Below, one piece after another: positions 47,354 through 60,954 of a stretch of DNA of 64,000 bases. The notes beneath the pieces were generated by a model. It was not told the origin of the DNA and searched no databases. It worked only from the letters and a program-made list of their open reading frames with translations. Position 1 is the first letter of the stretch; every line of letters begins with the position of its first letter. A program made the position numbers and the translations under genes. The stretch covers positions 124,001 through 188,000 of the forward strand of contig OZ037835.1 of the NCBI GenBank assembly GCA_964035575.1, written 5' to 3'. Source of the stretch: Rhynchopus sp. YZ270_cl-10. Its lineage: Eukaryota.

Positions 47354-48599
47354 CTGGGGGGGAGCTAATACAAGTACCGGGTACTTGTATTGAGCGGGTA
47401 AAACTAATAGATCCGGGTTTTTCAAAAATAAAAAAGGTGATGGGGGTACTTGTATTAAAAACTTTTTCCTGTGTCACCAGTACTCAACCGCGTGAGTCCG
47501 CACCTTCGGGCATCACCTTCCCTCATAGCTCATGTCAAAGCCGTCTTCGCACAGCGCTGCTGCAGACGCCATCGTACGCCATACGTCCGCAGTTGTATCA
47601 TATAAAGAAAGCTTTTTGATAAAAATTAGCGAAATACAAAAACCAGCGCGTGTGGAAGAAAAAAGGAGAGGAAAATATTTTTTCTGATTCAAAGTGGTGT
47701 TTACGTTTTGGGTACGGGGCGGAGAATAAAATCTGTTCGATAAAAGAAACGCGAGCTTATTGTTTTATCTTGTTCAATTTTGTATGGGGGGAAAATAATT
47801 TTTTTTGTATGGGACAACGCCTTAGCAAAAATCCGAAAAATCGAGAAAAGAGAAAAGGTGTGAATCAGGCTTCGCGCTAACTTTTGGAAAAAATCTGAAA
47901 AATCATGTTTCGGGCCCAAAAATACGCACCTCAAATAGTTGCGACGGGTAACGTCTGGGGTGAAAAAACAGTGCTTTGTGGCATTTCTGAGACAATCCCG
48001 CGATGTGGTGGGGCATATTCGGAAAAATGGACAAATTTTTAGTGACTTAAATTTTCACAAAATATGAACCCAGACTCCTAAACAAGGGCATTTTCAGTCT
48101 GAAAACCCAATTTCAGATGAAATTGTGGTGTTTTTGACTGGGAACAGGCAGCGCCGCAGGTGCACGGTACCCAACTTTTTTCGTTTTTTCTTTTCTCTGG
48201 TTTCTTTTGATTGCGCGAGCTGATTGCTCTCCACGGTGGGGTCACATGTACAAAAAGACTCTAAAGTACCCTTACTATGAAATATGAGATTCTCTGGTTT
48301 TGGTAAAGAAACCCCGGTTTGCAAAAAACGCACCACAAAAATATCCAAAAATCCCGGGCCAAGGGCCAACAATTAGCGCAAAGCCTGGCACCGAAATAGA
48401 AAAAAAAAATTCTCGATTTTTGTGGTAAAAATTGCTGGGAAAATTTTTTTGGCACCACCTGCTAAGAAAAACGTACACAAAAGTGGGGGGTACTTGTATT
48501 AAAAATATAAATTAATTTAAATCGAAAAACCCGGGGGGTACTTGTATTTGCAGGGGTACTTGTATTACCCGGGGGTACTTGTATTAGCCCCCCCCCCAG
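47354..48599. mobile_element. Tc1/mariner(pogo)-type non-autonomous element with TA TSD and nested cargo
   Basis: TA|CTGGGGGGG.GCTAATACAAGTACC..GGTACTTGTATTAGCCCCCCCCCCAG|TA. Confidence 0.85.
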
Positions 48600-50554
48600 T
48601 AAAAAAAGAGAAAGAACAGAAAAAAACTTTGTGTGAAAAAGTTTTTTTCTGTCAAGTGTTTTTGTGCGTTAGCGGAGAAGAAAACAGTTTCCGAAAAGGC
48701 TCCTTCGTCGCTTGGGTGCCATGACCGCCGTTTCTTTTGTAAATATACTGAGGTTACTGATAATTCGTGTACCATGTGTGCCTGGCACAAATATATAAAT
48801 GAAGTGCCGAACTCCGAGGAATTATCACATTCCGACGGAGGCCCCCATCTTGAGCTAAGGTGGGGACCCGGGCGCGAAGCGCGCCGGGGTCGACCGAGTT
48901 TGACCGAGTTTCAGCGAAAACCCCCGAATATGTATAATGCCCTGTTGTAATAAAATTTTAAAAAAAAAGGAACAGAAATCAAAAAAAGTTTTGGAGGGAT
49001 GGAGGGTTGGAGGTGGGGGGGGCGAGAAAGCTCGGAATTCGCTTTTTAAAAACTTGGTTGTATTAGTGTAGCCACCCTAGTCTAGGCTAGAGTGTGCTCC
49101 ACTTTTGTTTTTTTGCCCAAACCGATTTTTTACCCCAAACCGGTTTTATTTGAAAAAAAAAATCAAATTTTTTAAACTCCCCTGTTTTTCCCCCACCCCC
49201 ACAAACAATAAAGCAATAAAAACGATGAAGACAAAAAGGGAGAGGTTGTGGTGAAACGTGAAAACATGAAAAATGGGGCTAAATGAAAATGGGTACTAGG
49301 AAATTGTTTACCACCGAATTTACCCCTAAAAACTATAAAGACAAAAGGGAGAGGTTGTGGTGAAACACACATCTCGACCTGTCGGTGAAGTGTGGCTCTA
49401 CTCCAACCCGCCCCAGAACAGAAAATAGAAAAAGGAAGGGAGTAGGGGTACGGTGTTCAAGTTCCTTTTAGCATCGCATGTAATCATTAAAAAAAACAGC
49501 AGACGGATTCATCGCAAAATACCACATTTTGGGTTGTCTTTGGTGGCTTGTGAAAGGAGGAGGCTACCCAAAAACTGTGGTGGAAGCGAATTCATTTTTC
49601 TGCCAAGAAAGTTGCTAAGAAAGTTGAGAGATGAATGTGCCTTGCGTGCATAAACATCTAAAAAAAGCTTGTTGATAAAAAATGAACGAAGCACAAAAAC
49701 CAACGCGCGTGGAAGAAAATATTTGTTCTTTTTATTTTTCCTTCCTTCAAAACTACACACAACGCTTTTGGTTTTTGGGAGACACACAAGGTGCCGGGTT
49801 CTATGATATGCACGGAACCACCCTGCACCTGTTTGTCATATTGTTTCCCGTGCAATACATGGAGAAACGTTTCACACTCGAAACTAGGGAAAGCTTTTTG
49901 ATAAAAATTAGTGAAATACAAAAACCAGTGTGGAAGAAAAAAGGAGAGGAAAATATTTTTTCTGATTCAAAGTGGTGTTTACGTTTTGGGTACGGGGCGG
50001 AGAATAAAATTTGTTCGATAAAAGAAACGCGAGCTTATTGTTTTATCTTGTTCAGATTCAAAGTGGTGTTTATGTTTTGGGTACGGGGCGGAGAATAAAA
50101 TATGTTCGATAAAAGAAACGCAAGCTTTTTGTTTTATCTTGTTCATAAAAAATTGTGGCTTAAAAGGGTGTGCACGTCTCTGCAGACGACATACACCAGC
50201 AGAAGATGACACGAGACTCTGATGCTGAAATTTCATATTCTGAAATCCAGTTTTTTTCGGTATCAAAACAGGCATCTCGCTAACTCGGCCGGGGTTCCTA
50301 AATATCCAGAACGATGGGAAAAAATACCCTCAGTTTTAGCACCTGATGGGGCTGGCTTTTCCACATTGTAGCCTTCACGTTGCGATGATGGGAAAGGAAC
50401 AGGTGGGTTGCAACCTATCGCGCAGGCGCACGGTACTACCGTGTACATACTATATTTCTTTCGCTACGCTGCACTGCTTCTCGTGATTAGTCACCGTTGC
50501 TAGTAAATTGGTTGAACTATTTTGTGTTATTTTCCATTCAGCTTACTTTATCTA

Positions 50555-50779
50555 CCGACCCTCCCCCGTGAAATTGTCACCCCCAAAAAACCGGTATTTT
50601 GCCCCGACGGACAATTTCAAGGCAGGGGGAAGGGAGTCGCGGGGACAACTTTTGCTCTCCCTTCTTCACACCAAAACGGCCACACCCCTACAGTACGAGA
50701 AATTGCCCCCCTCACTTTTTCCCCCAGGGGGGACAATTTCAAGGGGGTCGGAGGGGGACAATTTCACGGGGAGGGTCGG
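50555..50779. mobile_element. Tc1/mariner-type MITE with TA TSD (related ends at ~61470 and 62430-62586)
   Basis: TA|CCGACCCTCCCCCGTGAAATTGTC..GACAATTTCACGGGGAGGGTCGG|TA. Confidence 0.9.
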
Positions 50780-53648
50780 TATTCAAAAAAAGAGGAAAAG
50801 AAACTCAAAAAAAAATGGTGTGAGCATCATAACTGTATTAACAATTCGCGAAGGGGGAGAAAAAACAAGAATAGTGAAGTTATTGTATTATTAATGCAGG
50901 CACCTCCGACTGACCCACGTACGATGCCAGCCATCCGGATGAAAGCACAAGAATAAGAACACGGTGTATAGATGAACGCACCTCTCGTCACTAATTAGTT
51001 TCATGACATGATGTGCACACTACACTTTCTAATCAAAGAAAGCAAACTTTCATCCACACACGAGACGAAAGGGGGTTTAGGGGTAAGAGTTTAATTCTTG
51101 AACGCATACACACACTCAGTCACATTCAAAACAGTGGATTTAATGTACCCCCACCATTCCTGAACGTCTGTACTTCAGTAATACAAACAAACAGTATTAA
51201 AAAGCAAACGTTCAAATCAAAAAAAAAAATTCAGGCCGTAACAGGGCTCGACTGCCACATAGTGGGCCCTATATTCGTGGTCAATGGGAAGTTCCGTGTA
51301 ACGGCAAGCCACAAGAGTAGAACAACAACAGAAACCCTTGAGAAGCAGACGCAGAGTCTCTCTTCTTACTTGTGTGCTGCAGACAAACATGACAACGCTA
51401 ACCACGACTGCCACGGCAGAGCGGGGTCCCTAACGGTTCACTGGGGGGGATCCACATAGATAAAGAAAGCAAAAACACGAAAGCAAAAAAGGAAAACCAA
51501 TAAAAAGTAAAACAAGAAGTCAGGGTTGAAAATCCCGGGTTTCCACAGCTAGCAAAATTAATTCGAAGCCCGGGTTTGTACCCGGGCTTGGTTTTTTGGT
51601 GAAAATAATTTAAATACTGGTGTAATTTTTTTTCTGTAAACCCAATTGATAGCAATTCGCCTGCCGTGTACCATGTGCACCAGGCGCACGTGGTACACGA
51701 ATTGTCAGTAAGCAGTACTTATCATGTCATGGCACTCAAAGGTTCCTGGCGAAGCCACGGTGCGCAACATTTCAAAAAATTGCGCTTATAATCGCACATT
51801 TTTACAGGCAAAGAATGTCATGGGAAGGGTGGGTTGCTTGCGCCGCAGGCTATAGGGGAATAATTACACACAAACAACGGTTGCCAAGCAACCTAGTTCC
51901 CCAAAACCCCGGTTCCCCCGTGGTTCCCCACGGGTTCCCCCTTAGACCAGGTGACCGCACGATGAGAACAAATTGCTTTTTGTGAGATGATCGACACCTT
52001 ACTTAGGTAAGTCGTCTTGAAGGCATACAAAAAATAACTGTTACATTGGTGGCCCACCTAAATCAGCAGGGTGTTGGGTCCGTTGGGGGGTGTTGGGAGG
52101 TGAGACACCTTTATTCCCCCTGGCGTGAGCTTTTTTCTCGTTGGTGAAGCTTTTAAACACCTGCATTTGCATTTCCGGAATCCGTCCGCGCTGTGGTGGG
52201 GTAATTTTCCAAAATGGACAAGTTCTGAGAAATGCACACATGTCTTATAACAATAAAAACCCCGTTCGTCTTTGGTTTAGTTGGTACGCTACCCGCGTCA
52301 CACGCACTATCAGTCAGGGGGTTTTTATGGTTTTTTTCTTCAAAACGCCACAAATGGATGTCAAAAAGGAAAAAACCCTTAACCTTTGTTTGTTTGAATC
52401 ATTTCCCACCACAAAGTATTTGTCCTGACAGAAAAAAAAGGTTTTTTGAAGAAGCAAGAATAGACCCATTATCACTGAAACACCAGTAACACGGGTACGT
52501 TAAAAAAGAAAAGTACTTTCCCCCTAACAAAGTACCCTACTGTATTCAAAAAGTACTTTCTCCGAACCTTCACCATAATTATTTTTTGGGGAGTTTTATT
52601 TCCCAACCCAACAACAACGATAAAGCGTGAAGATAATAGAGGAGGTACCCTAAAATAGTGATTTTAAATAAAAACGCTAAAAAAGCTAGGAATTTGGGGG
52701 GCTTTTTTCGGGTCAAAAAAGAGGGGAAAAATAGTGAGGGGAGTTGGGTCCAGTCATAGGGGGTATAGCATATTTTTTGGAAAATTCTTCAAAAAATCAA
52801 GGATTTTTGCTGGGCACAATGAAAATTTTCAGAAAAATCCCAATTTTCGGCCAAATTTGGAGCAAATTATGGCCCACCCACCCCGATTTTGGGTCAAAAA
52901 CCGACTTCATTTTTGCACAGGAGTGCCTATGATTTCGTAAACCAGAGGTCCTCTGGATGCATGACTCACACAACACTGGAAATTGCAAGGAACGGGTCTG
53001 CATGTGCGTGTTCTCTAGCCACCACAGTCACAGGGTATGCACAAAATGACCGAAGTGCAATGGCGTGAACGAAGTGCAATGGCGATAATGGAAAGATAGA
53101 TGCCGGCATTGGTGAATTGCTGGAGTTCTGCACAGGAAGCTAGCATGACGTAGAATCACTGTGTGAACAAAATGACCGTATTTTGGTTGAAAATTTGACT
53201 TGAAATTTTTTTTCATAATTTGCCCAATCGAAGGTTTTCCTTGGATTTTTTGGGCCATTTTATGACGTACCACGCCCGATTTTGGGTCAAAAATCGCCTT
53301 GTATTACCACTGTATTGGTGTAGGCTTGTACACAGAAGTGTGTTTTGTGTAACCACAGATGGTCAAAACACCCGATTTTTGCATTTTTTTTGCATTTTTT
53401 GGTGCCCAAAGACCCACCTCAGTGGTCGAAATTTTCCCGAAAAAAAAAATTTTTTTTTTGAGATTTTTCGATTTTTTGACAAGGCGCTGGCCCATACAAA
53501 GTGCACTGGTGGTACAGAAAATGGCCGGGGAATAAACTCTAGATGCTCAAAACAGCCCAATTCATGCTTTATTTGACTTTTTGGTCTCAGAAGGGTACCC
53601 AGGTGTAGTGAACAGGCCTCAAAAACACTTGTGAAAAAAAAAAAAAAA

Positions 53649-55556
53649 GGGAGATAGTCAGACTTACCCTACCCTATTTTGAAAAAGTTCAGACTTGCCC
53701 TATGAAAAAGTTCAGACTTGCCCGAAAATAAGTTCAGACTTGCCCTAAAAGTGTTTTTAGGGCAAGTCTGAACTTATTTTTAGGGCAAACACTTTTTTTA
53801 GGGCAAGTCTGAACTTATTTTTAGGGTAAGTCTGAACTTATTTTAGGGCAACAAGTCAGGCCACTTTGGCTGGGGCACTCTTGGGGCCCCATGGTATGGT
53901 GGTATGACTTGTTTTATTGCCCTAAAATGCCTAACCGAGCCGGAGCCCAAAAATTGATGCCAGAAACCACCAGCCACCCGGAAAGGGTGAACAGGCAGTC
54001 CACGTTGGGCCAGAACCGGTTACAAAGGAAGCCGTGTTCTGGGGCAACGTGGGGCGCAAAGTTTTACAATTTTCATGCACGGGTGCTCCACAAATTACCA
54101 AGTATTCCTTCTTTGTTGAATTGAGAGAGAGTCAGTGTTTAGCTACCACGCGGGTTTGCTTAGAATCCTTCGAGGCCGGCACAATTTTATTTATGTGGTC
54201 GGTTAAGACATGCCTATTGAAGAACAACGAGGTCATCGTTGAAAGGAGCGAACTCCCCTTCCCACAACATCTCTCACATTTCAACTCAGAATTCATACTT
54301 GGTTATTTGCTTTGTCCATACGCAATCAAATTGTCATGCTTTCAAGAGCATGCCTGGCCAAAATGCAACAACGTGGAAAAATTGTTGTTGTTCCAAAAGG
54401 CAACAAGACCACCCACAACAAGGGGTTGAATTGTGCACTGTCCGGGGGAGCGCAAAGTTTTTTCCCTGTACACAGTGGACACATCTTTATCACTTTGTTC
54501 CCACGGGGACACATTTGGATACTGCACGCATGCAGAAGTGCCAAACATGTCCGCACGTGGAGTGGAGTGTCCATCATGTTTTCCTGGTTTCCAAAAAGCA
54601 GTTTTCTTGCACTTACTATTTGCCCCGGTGTCTGGCAATAGAAGTGGCTAACATTGTAATGAGTAGCATATACATACCGTTGATCCAAATGAGTAAGGCG
54701 ACCAACAAGTCCTCTGGACTTTTTTGTTGTGATGACAATCGCGGAGTAATCCCGGAGAATTACATCCTCGTATAAAAAGTTAAAGGTAGAGGTGGGGAAA
54801 CTGTAGCTATAGAAATAGTTGTTGCAGTAGTGCAGACACCCGAGGGTGCACCACTATGCTTTTCTTTGGTTGTATCGACAATTTTACGTACATGATGTAG
54901 GACCTGTACAATGTCGCCCAAAGGCTTTGTACTTACTGCAGTAATCGGTATTTTTTTTTTGTTACAACTACGTCGTGTTCTATGAGGAGTCGCGTTTGGG
55001 TGCGGAAGTCTTTTTTCTGGTCTCTGTTCTGTACGGGTCTCGGATCGTGGTGCGGTACTGCGGTGCGGTACCTGAGAGTTTTTTAGAGTGATGATAAAGG
55101 TCAGAGGGTTTTCCCCTCCCATTTGTGTCATTATTTAATTTTGCTCGGAAAGTGGGGTGTCCTGGACACGAGGAAATTCAGTTGCATGGAAAAAAAGCTC
55201 CATACCATAGGTTGCTCATTTCACTACCAGGACTCGTCGCGAATAGCCCATACGTGCCCTAAACAGAAACGCAAAAACGACGACCGCCGGGCTCTGTAAC
55301 CCAAGAGCCCCCAGCTTGCCCAATAAATAAGTGCAGGGTTGCCCTAAAAAAGTTCAGACTTGCCCTAAAAAAGTTCAGACTTGCCCTAAAAAAAGTGTTT
55401 GCCCTAAAAATAAGTTCAGACTTGCCCGAAATAAGTTCAGACTTGCCCGAAATAAGTTCAGACTTGCCCTAAAAACACTTTTAGGGCAAGTCTGAACTTA
55501 TTTCGGGCAAGTCTGAACTTTTTCAAAATAGGGTAGGGTAAATCTGACTATTTCCC
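53649..55556. mobile_element. 1.9-kb MULE-like non-autonomous element with long TIRs and AAGTTCAGACTTGCCC subterminal repeats
   Basis: GGGAGATAGTCAGACTTACCCTACCCTATTTTGAAAAAGTTCAGACTTGCCC is inverted at both ends. At least 8 A's flank both sides. The superfamily is inferred from GGG termini. Confidence 0.8.
54030..54655 (+). pseudogene. Diverged homolog of the 3870-4480 piggyBac-like remnant
   Basis: Shares AAATTGTCATGCT(T)TCAAGAGCATGCCTGG and AAAAGGCAACAAGACCACCCACAA. Confidence 0.5.
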
Positions 55557-58118
55557 AAAAAAAATTTTTTTTTTTTTGAGATTTTTGAAAAATCGGCCGA
55601 TTTTGTGACCAATTTTGGCTGGGGAATTTCGACGACCAAAGGGTCCCCCCTGTGGAAAAAAACGCTAATTGGCGCGAATTTCATACCCTAATCGTGTCGC
55701 GCCAATTCGCGCCAATTAGCGTTTTTTTTCGCGAAAAAACGGCTAAGTACAAAACGCGAATTGGCGCGAATTGGGGCAACCAGGGGCGAATATTAGGGTA
55801 CCTCCAGATAAAAGCAAATAAGTAATTTTAGGTTTTGTGAGGCACTCAACGAGTGTGCCGGCTCTGTGGCGTCACGGAGCCACCAACACTCCCCAGTCAT
55901 TTTTCCTGCGCATCCAGGAAAACTCGCAGTATGCGACCAGGATGCGACTAGGGAGTGCAGGATTTTTCTAACACATTGGTTCAGGTCCACACGCATGGAA
56001 CACACTGAAGCATTGGTTCAGGTCCATTCTGCATGGCCGCACTGAAAACATAAGAGGTATTCAGGTCCACTAGGCCAACTCGGACCCTACGCATGGAAAC
56101 ACTGAAGCAAAAAACACAAAGTTGGGAGGGAGGGAGGGAAACGAAAAAATTTTCCTTCACAGTAACAAAGTGTGAGGAAGAAGAAAAGAAAGCGAATAAA
56201 AACGAAAAAACAGTGTTTTTCTGAATGTGATGTTGTTGTTGGGGTGAGGAGAATAAAACAGTTCCAAGAAAAGCTCCTGCGTCGGTTTTCTTTTGGTTAA
56301 AAAAATTGACAATTTTCCTGATGAAGATGTAATGTATGTGCGAGAGATGGGGAGCACGGGAGGGAAAAAACGACTCGTGGATACCACCAGAAATGCACAT
56401 AAACCCCCCTCACAGCTATTGTTTACATATTTTTATGTAAATAGTATTCGTGCATGTAAATAATACATGTAAATAATTTAAATGTAAATAGTACATGTAA
56501 ATAATTATCACTCATGTATTGTTTACATTTTCCACACCTCCCCTGTAGGGTAACCGAAGGTGAAGTGAGGTATAGTATTGAAATTGATGTGGGTGTAGGG
56601 TCAATTTTACAAACTCGGATTTTGTGAAAATTTTTGGCCGAAAATGGGCCCCACCTAGTGACCGGGCTCATATTTTCCAAATTTAAGTGGTCAAAAAATT
56701 GTCCAATTTTCAACATCGACCCCACCATTTTCTGGACAGATTCCGGAAATTCCAAAAAATTGTGTTTTTGGTCACGAATCCGCACCCCGTCACCAAAAAC
56801 CGGCAAAAAAAAGGGGGTGTAAATAAATAATTCGAATGTAAATAGTAATTGGATGTAAATAATAGCTGTGAATAATTATATGTAAACAATACCTGTATGT
56901 AAACAATAGTTGGGAGGGGGGTTTACTTGTTTTTTTATTTTCCCTTCCTTCAAACTTCACACACAACGCTTTTGGTTTTTGGGAGACACACAAAGTGCCA
57001 GGTTCTATGATATGCACGGAACCACCCTGCACCTGTTTGTCATATTGTTTCCCGTGCAATACATGGAGAAACGTTTCGCACTCGAAACTAGGGATTTTTG
57101 ATAAAAAGCCCTAGTTTGATAAAAATTAGCGAAATACAAAAACCAGCGCGTGTGGAAGAAAAAAGGAGAGGAAAATATTTTTCTGATTCAAAGTGGTGTT
57201 TTACGTTTTGGATACGGGGCAGAGAATAAAATCTGTTCGATAAAAGAAACGCGAGCTTATTGTTTTATGTTCAGCAGTGCTCTCAAGATCCTCCACGTAG
57301 GGGAGGATATTTCCTCCAGGGGCTTTTTTTTTTTTTTCAGGCTTTTTTGGTGGAGGATTTCCTCCACTTTTTTTTTTTTTTGGCGGGCTCGGGTGGAGGA
57401 TTATCCTCCTAGGGGTTTTATAGTGGGGGTCACTTTGTCTCCCCCGAGGGAGCCAATATTTTCCCGAGCCTGTATGCACCGTCCAGGGCTGCACCTTAAA
57501 AAAAATTTGCTTGCGGCGCCATTTTCATTTTTTGCTACTCAAAAAAAGGGTTCGTTGAGTGATTCTGTAGTGTAAAAGGAAGCATTTTTACACCGTACCC
57601 CAATTTTTTTTCGCCTGCGGCGCCATTTATATTATTTTTTTGCTCCGCAAAAAAATAGTTGGCAATGTCTTTGGATACCCTTGTATTTTGCAGCCAAAAA
57701 ATGCAACGTGACCAAAGCTGCAAAATTTTTGCCATTTAAAAAAAATTACCCGCCGTTGCATCAGCCCCTGCTTCTGGAAGACGTATTGGTTTTGTACGGT
57801 TCGTGGAGCGTACGGTGCAAGAGAAAGGATTAGATTTCCGTTTTTTGTTATCTCGCAAAATTGACCCGCCTCTCCGCTCTGTGGCTGTCAGGGAGGCGCG
57901 CGCGAAGCGCGCGACGACCGCTTGTTGCGGGGGAAAAAAATTTTTTTGGGGGGTTTTTTTTGCAAAAACGAATCCTCCTCATTTCGAAAATTCTGCTTTT
58001 TTCGTGGAGGATCTTGAGAGCCCTGATGTTCAGAAAAAAATTATTTTGATAGTCCGACCCCGCAATTAATGGGGGGGTGGGAAAGAAAGTTCTAAATAAA
58101 GAATGAATGGCCAACGGC

Positions 58119-59398
58119 CACATGAGCACGCACACATGAGCACGCACACATGGGCACGCACACATGGGCACGCACACATGAGCACGCACACATGAGCACG
58201 CACACATGGGCACGCACACATGAGCACGCACACATGAGCACGCACACATGAGCACGCACACATGGGCACGCACACATGGGCACGCACACATGGGCACGCA
58301 CACATGAGCACGCACACATGAGCACGCACACATGGGCACGCACACATGAGCACGCACACATGGGCACGCACACATGGGCACGCACACATGAGCACGCACA
58401 CATGGGCACGCACACATGAGCACGCACACATGGGCACGCACACATGAGCACGCACACATGAGCACGCACACATGGGCACGCACACATGAGCACGCACACA
58501 TGGGCACGCACACATGAGCACGCACACATGGGCACGCACACATGGGCACGCACACATGAGCACGCACACATGGGCACGCACACATGGGCACGCACACATG
58601 AGCACGCACACATGGGCACGCACACATGAGCACGCACACATGGGCACGCACACATGAGCACGCACACATGGGCACGCACACATGGGCACGCACACATGAG
58701 CACGCACACATGAGCACGCACACATGGGCACGCACACATGAGCACGCACACATGAGCACGCACACATGAGCACGCACACATGGGCACGCACACATGGGCA
58801 CGCACACATGGGCACGCACACATGAGCACGCACACATGAGCACGCACACATGGGCACGCACACATGGGCACGCACACATGAGCACGCACACATGGGCACG
58901 CACACATGAGCACGCACACATGGGCACGCACACATGAGCACGCACACATGAGCACGCACACATGGGCACGCACACATGAGCACGCACACATGGGCACGCA
59001 CACATGGGCACGCACACATGAGCACGCACACATGGGCACGCACACATGGGCACGCACACATGAGCACGCACACATGGGCACGCACACATGAGCACGCACA
59101 CATGGGCACGCACACATGAGCACGCACACATGGGCACGCACACATGGGCACGCACACATGAGCACGCACACATGGGCACGCACACATGGGCACGCACACA
59201 TGAGCACGCACACATGGGCACGCACACATGGGCACGCACACATGAGCACGCACACATGGGCACGCACACATGAGCACGCACACATGAGCACGCACACATG
59301 GGCACGCACACATGGGCACGCACACATGAGCACGCACACATGGGCACGCACACATGGGCACGCACACATGAGCACGCACACATGGGCACGCACACATG
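58119..59398 (+). repeat. 14-bp minisatellite CACATG(G/A)GCACGCA, ~91 units
   Basis: Tandem array with a single variable G/A position. Confidence 0.99.
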
Positions 59399-60625
59399 TA
59401 AAAAGAGGGAAAGTTAGGGGGAAAAGAAGTTAAAGAGGAGGGAGGAAGTTGAGGGAGAGAAGGGTGACCTTCGAGGAGCCGAAAAGAGGCGAAAAAAGGG
59501 TGTTTTTTTGTATAGTTTTGTAATATGAACCTAGGAAGCACGGTGCATTAAGTTCACCAAAAGAGAGAGTAAGTAAGGGGAAATTTTAGTAATGAAGGAG
59601 GAAGGGAGGAAACCTGTTTTCCGGATGTCGGTGGGCTGAAACCTCGGGTGCAATTGGGCGTAATTCGGTAAAATTGGGAAATTGGGAAAAAAATGCTTTT
59701 CAGTCGTCACATTCCCCAAATCTTCCCACTTATGTGCTGTTTCCCTACAAATCAATATAAAATCAAACGGCGATGAAAAATATGCCTTGGTGACTGTGTG
59801 AGCAAGCAAAACAGGTCACCCCCCGGGAAAGCCTCCCTCAAAAACATCTGAGTTGTACTGGTGGTGTGACTGGGTGTTATTGGGGCGTAATTGGGTGAAA
59901 TTGACCCCAGGTGGGTCCAGATGGGCTGTGTTGGGTCCGGGTGGGTAAATAAACATTACAAGAAAGGGAACAGAAAAAAGAAGAAACAGCAGACAGAGTC
60001 TGCTGGAGTTGCAATAATAAAACAGAACAAAATGACAAAATGACAAGATGATCTTTGAAAACACTTGTAGCATGAGTCTTGATTGAGAGTCATCAGAAGA
60101 AAGAAAAGCACAAAAAAACAAAGAGAAAAATTGCAAGACAAAACGCCCGGACGGCGAGCACGGGACTAAAAAGAGGGGAGGGAGGGGAGGGGGACACGTT
60201 AAGAAGAATGCGCCTCCTGCACCCGAATTATTCAATAAAACAGAGTGTCGGGGAAACGCATCCCATCTATGTATCTCAAGGATGAAAGACCAACAGAAGA
60301 TCAAGAAAACACAGTTCAAAAATATTATATATATAACGCATTCTTGCACCAAAAGAACAATGAGTAATTTCATCATAATAATGATATGCAATCAATAAAT
60401 TGAACTATATGGTGAGGGATCAACAAAAATGTTCCCATCTTTGGTGTGGCTGAAACCAGCAAATTTCACTGATAAAAAAATGCTAACATTTTGTTACTCC
60501 CCAGTAAACAAACTGCTAAATAATACCCTTTTTTTTGGGTTCAGCCACACCAATCTTTTCTTTTAAAAATGGGCAAAAAAAAAGTTTATAAGATGACCCT
60601 AAGCCTCTCGTGCTGAGTCACCTTA

Positions 60626-60954
60626 CTGGGGGGGGTCGAATAAAGAAAGTTTTTCCAGTCACAATTTTTTTTCAATTTTTTTTTCGCCCAAGAGGTGATT
60701 TTGCTGCATTTCCGAGCCAATCCCGGCTTGTGGTGGGGGATATACGGAAAAATGGACAAAATTTCAGCGACTTAAATTTTCACAAAATACGAACTACCTT
60801 GTCACAACACAGGAAAAGTTCAAAAAGTCGAATAAAACACGTATACGTGCTTTATTCGACGCAAAAAAAAAGCAAAAAACCCATTTTTCAAATGCGTGCT
60901 TTATTCGACGTACGTGCTTTATTCGAATTACCTCGTTTATTCGGCCCCCCCCAG
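60626..60954. mobile_element. Tc1/mariner-type MITE with TA TSD
   Basis: TA|CTGGGGGGGGTCGAATAAA..TTTATTCGGCCCCCCCCAG|TA. Absent in the paralogous segment near 42250. Confidence 0.88.

Noticed and set aside
47690..47745. tRNA-like A/B boxes (GTTCGAT) in the dispersed repeat
   Set aside because: Poor match to the consensus and no cloverleaf.
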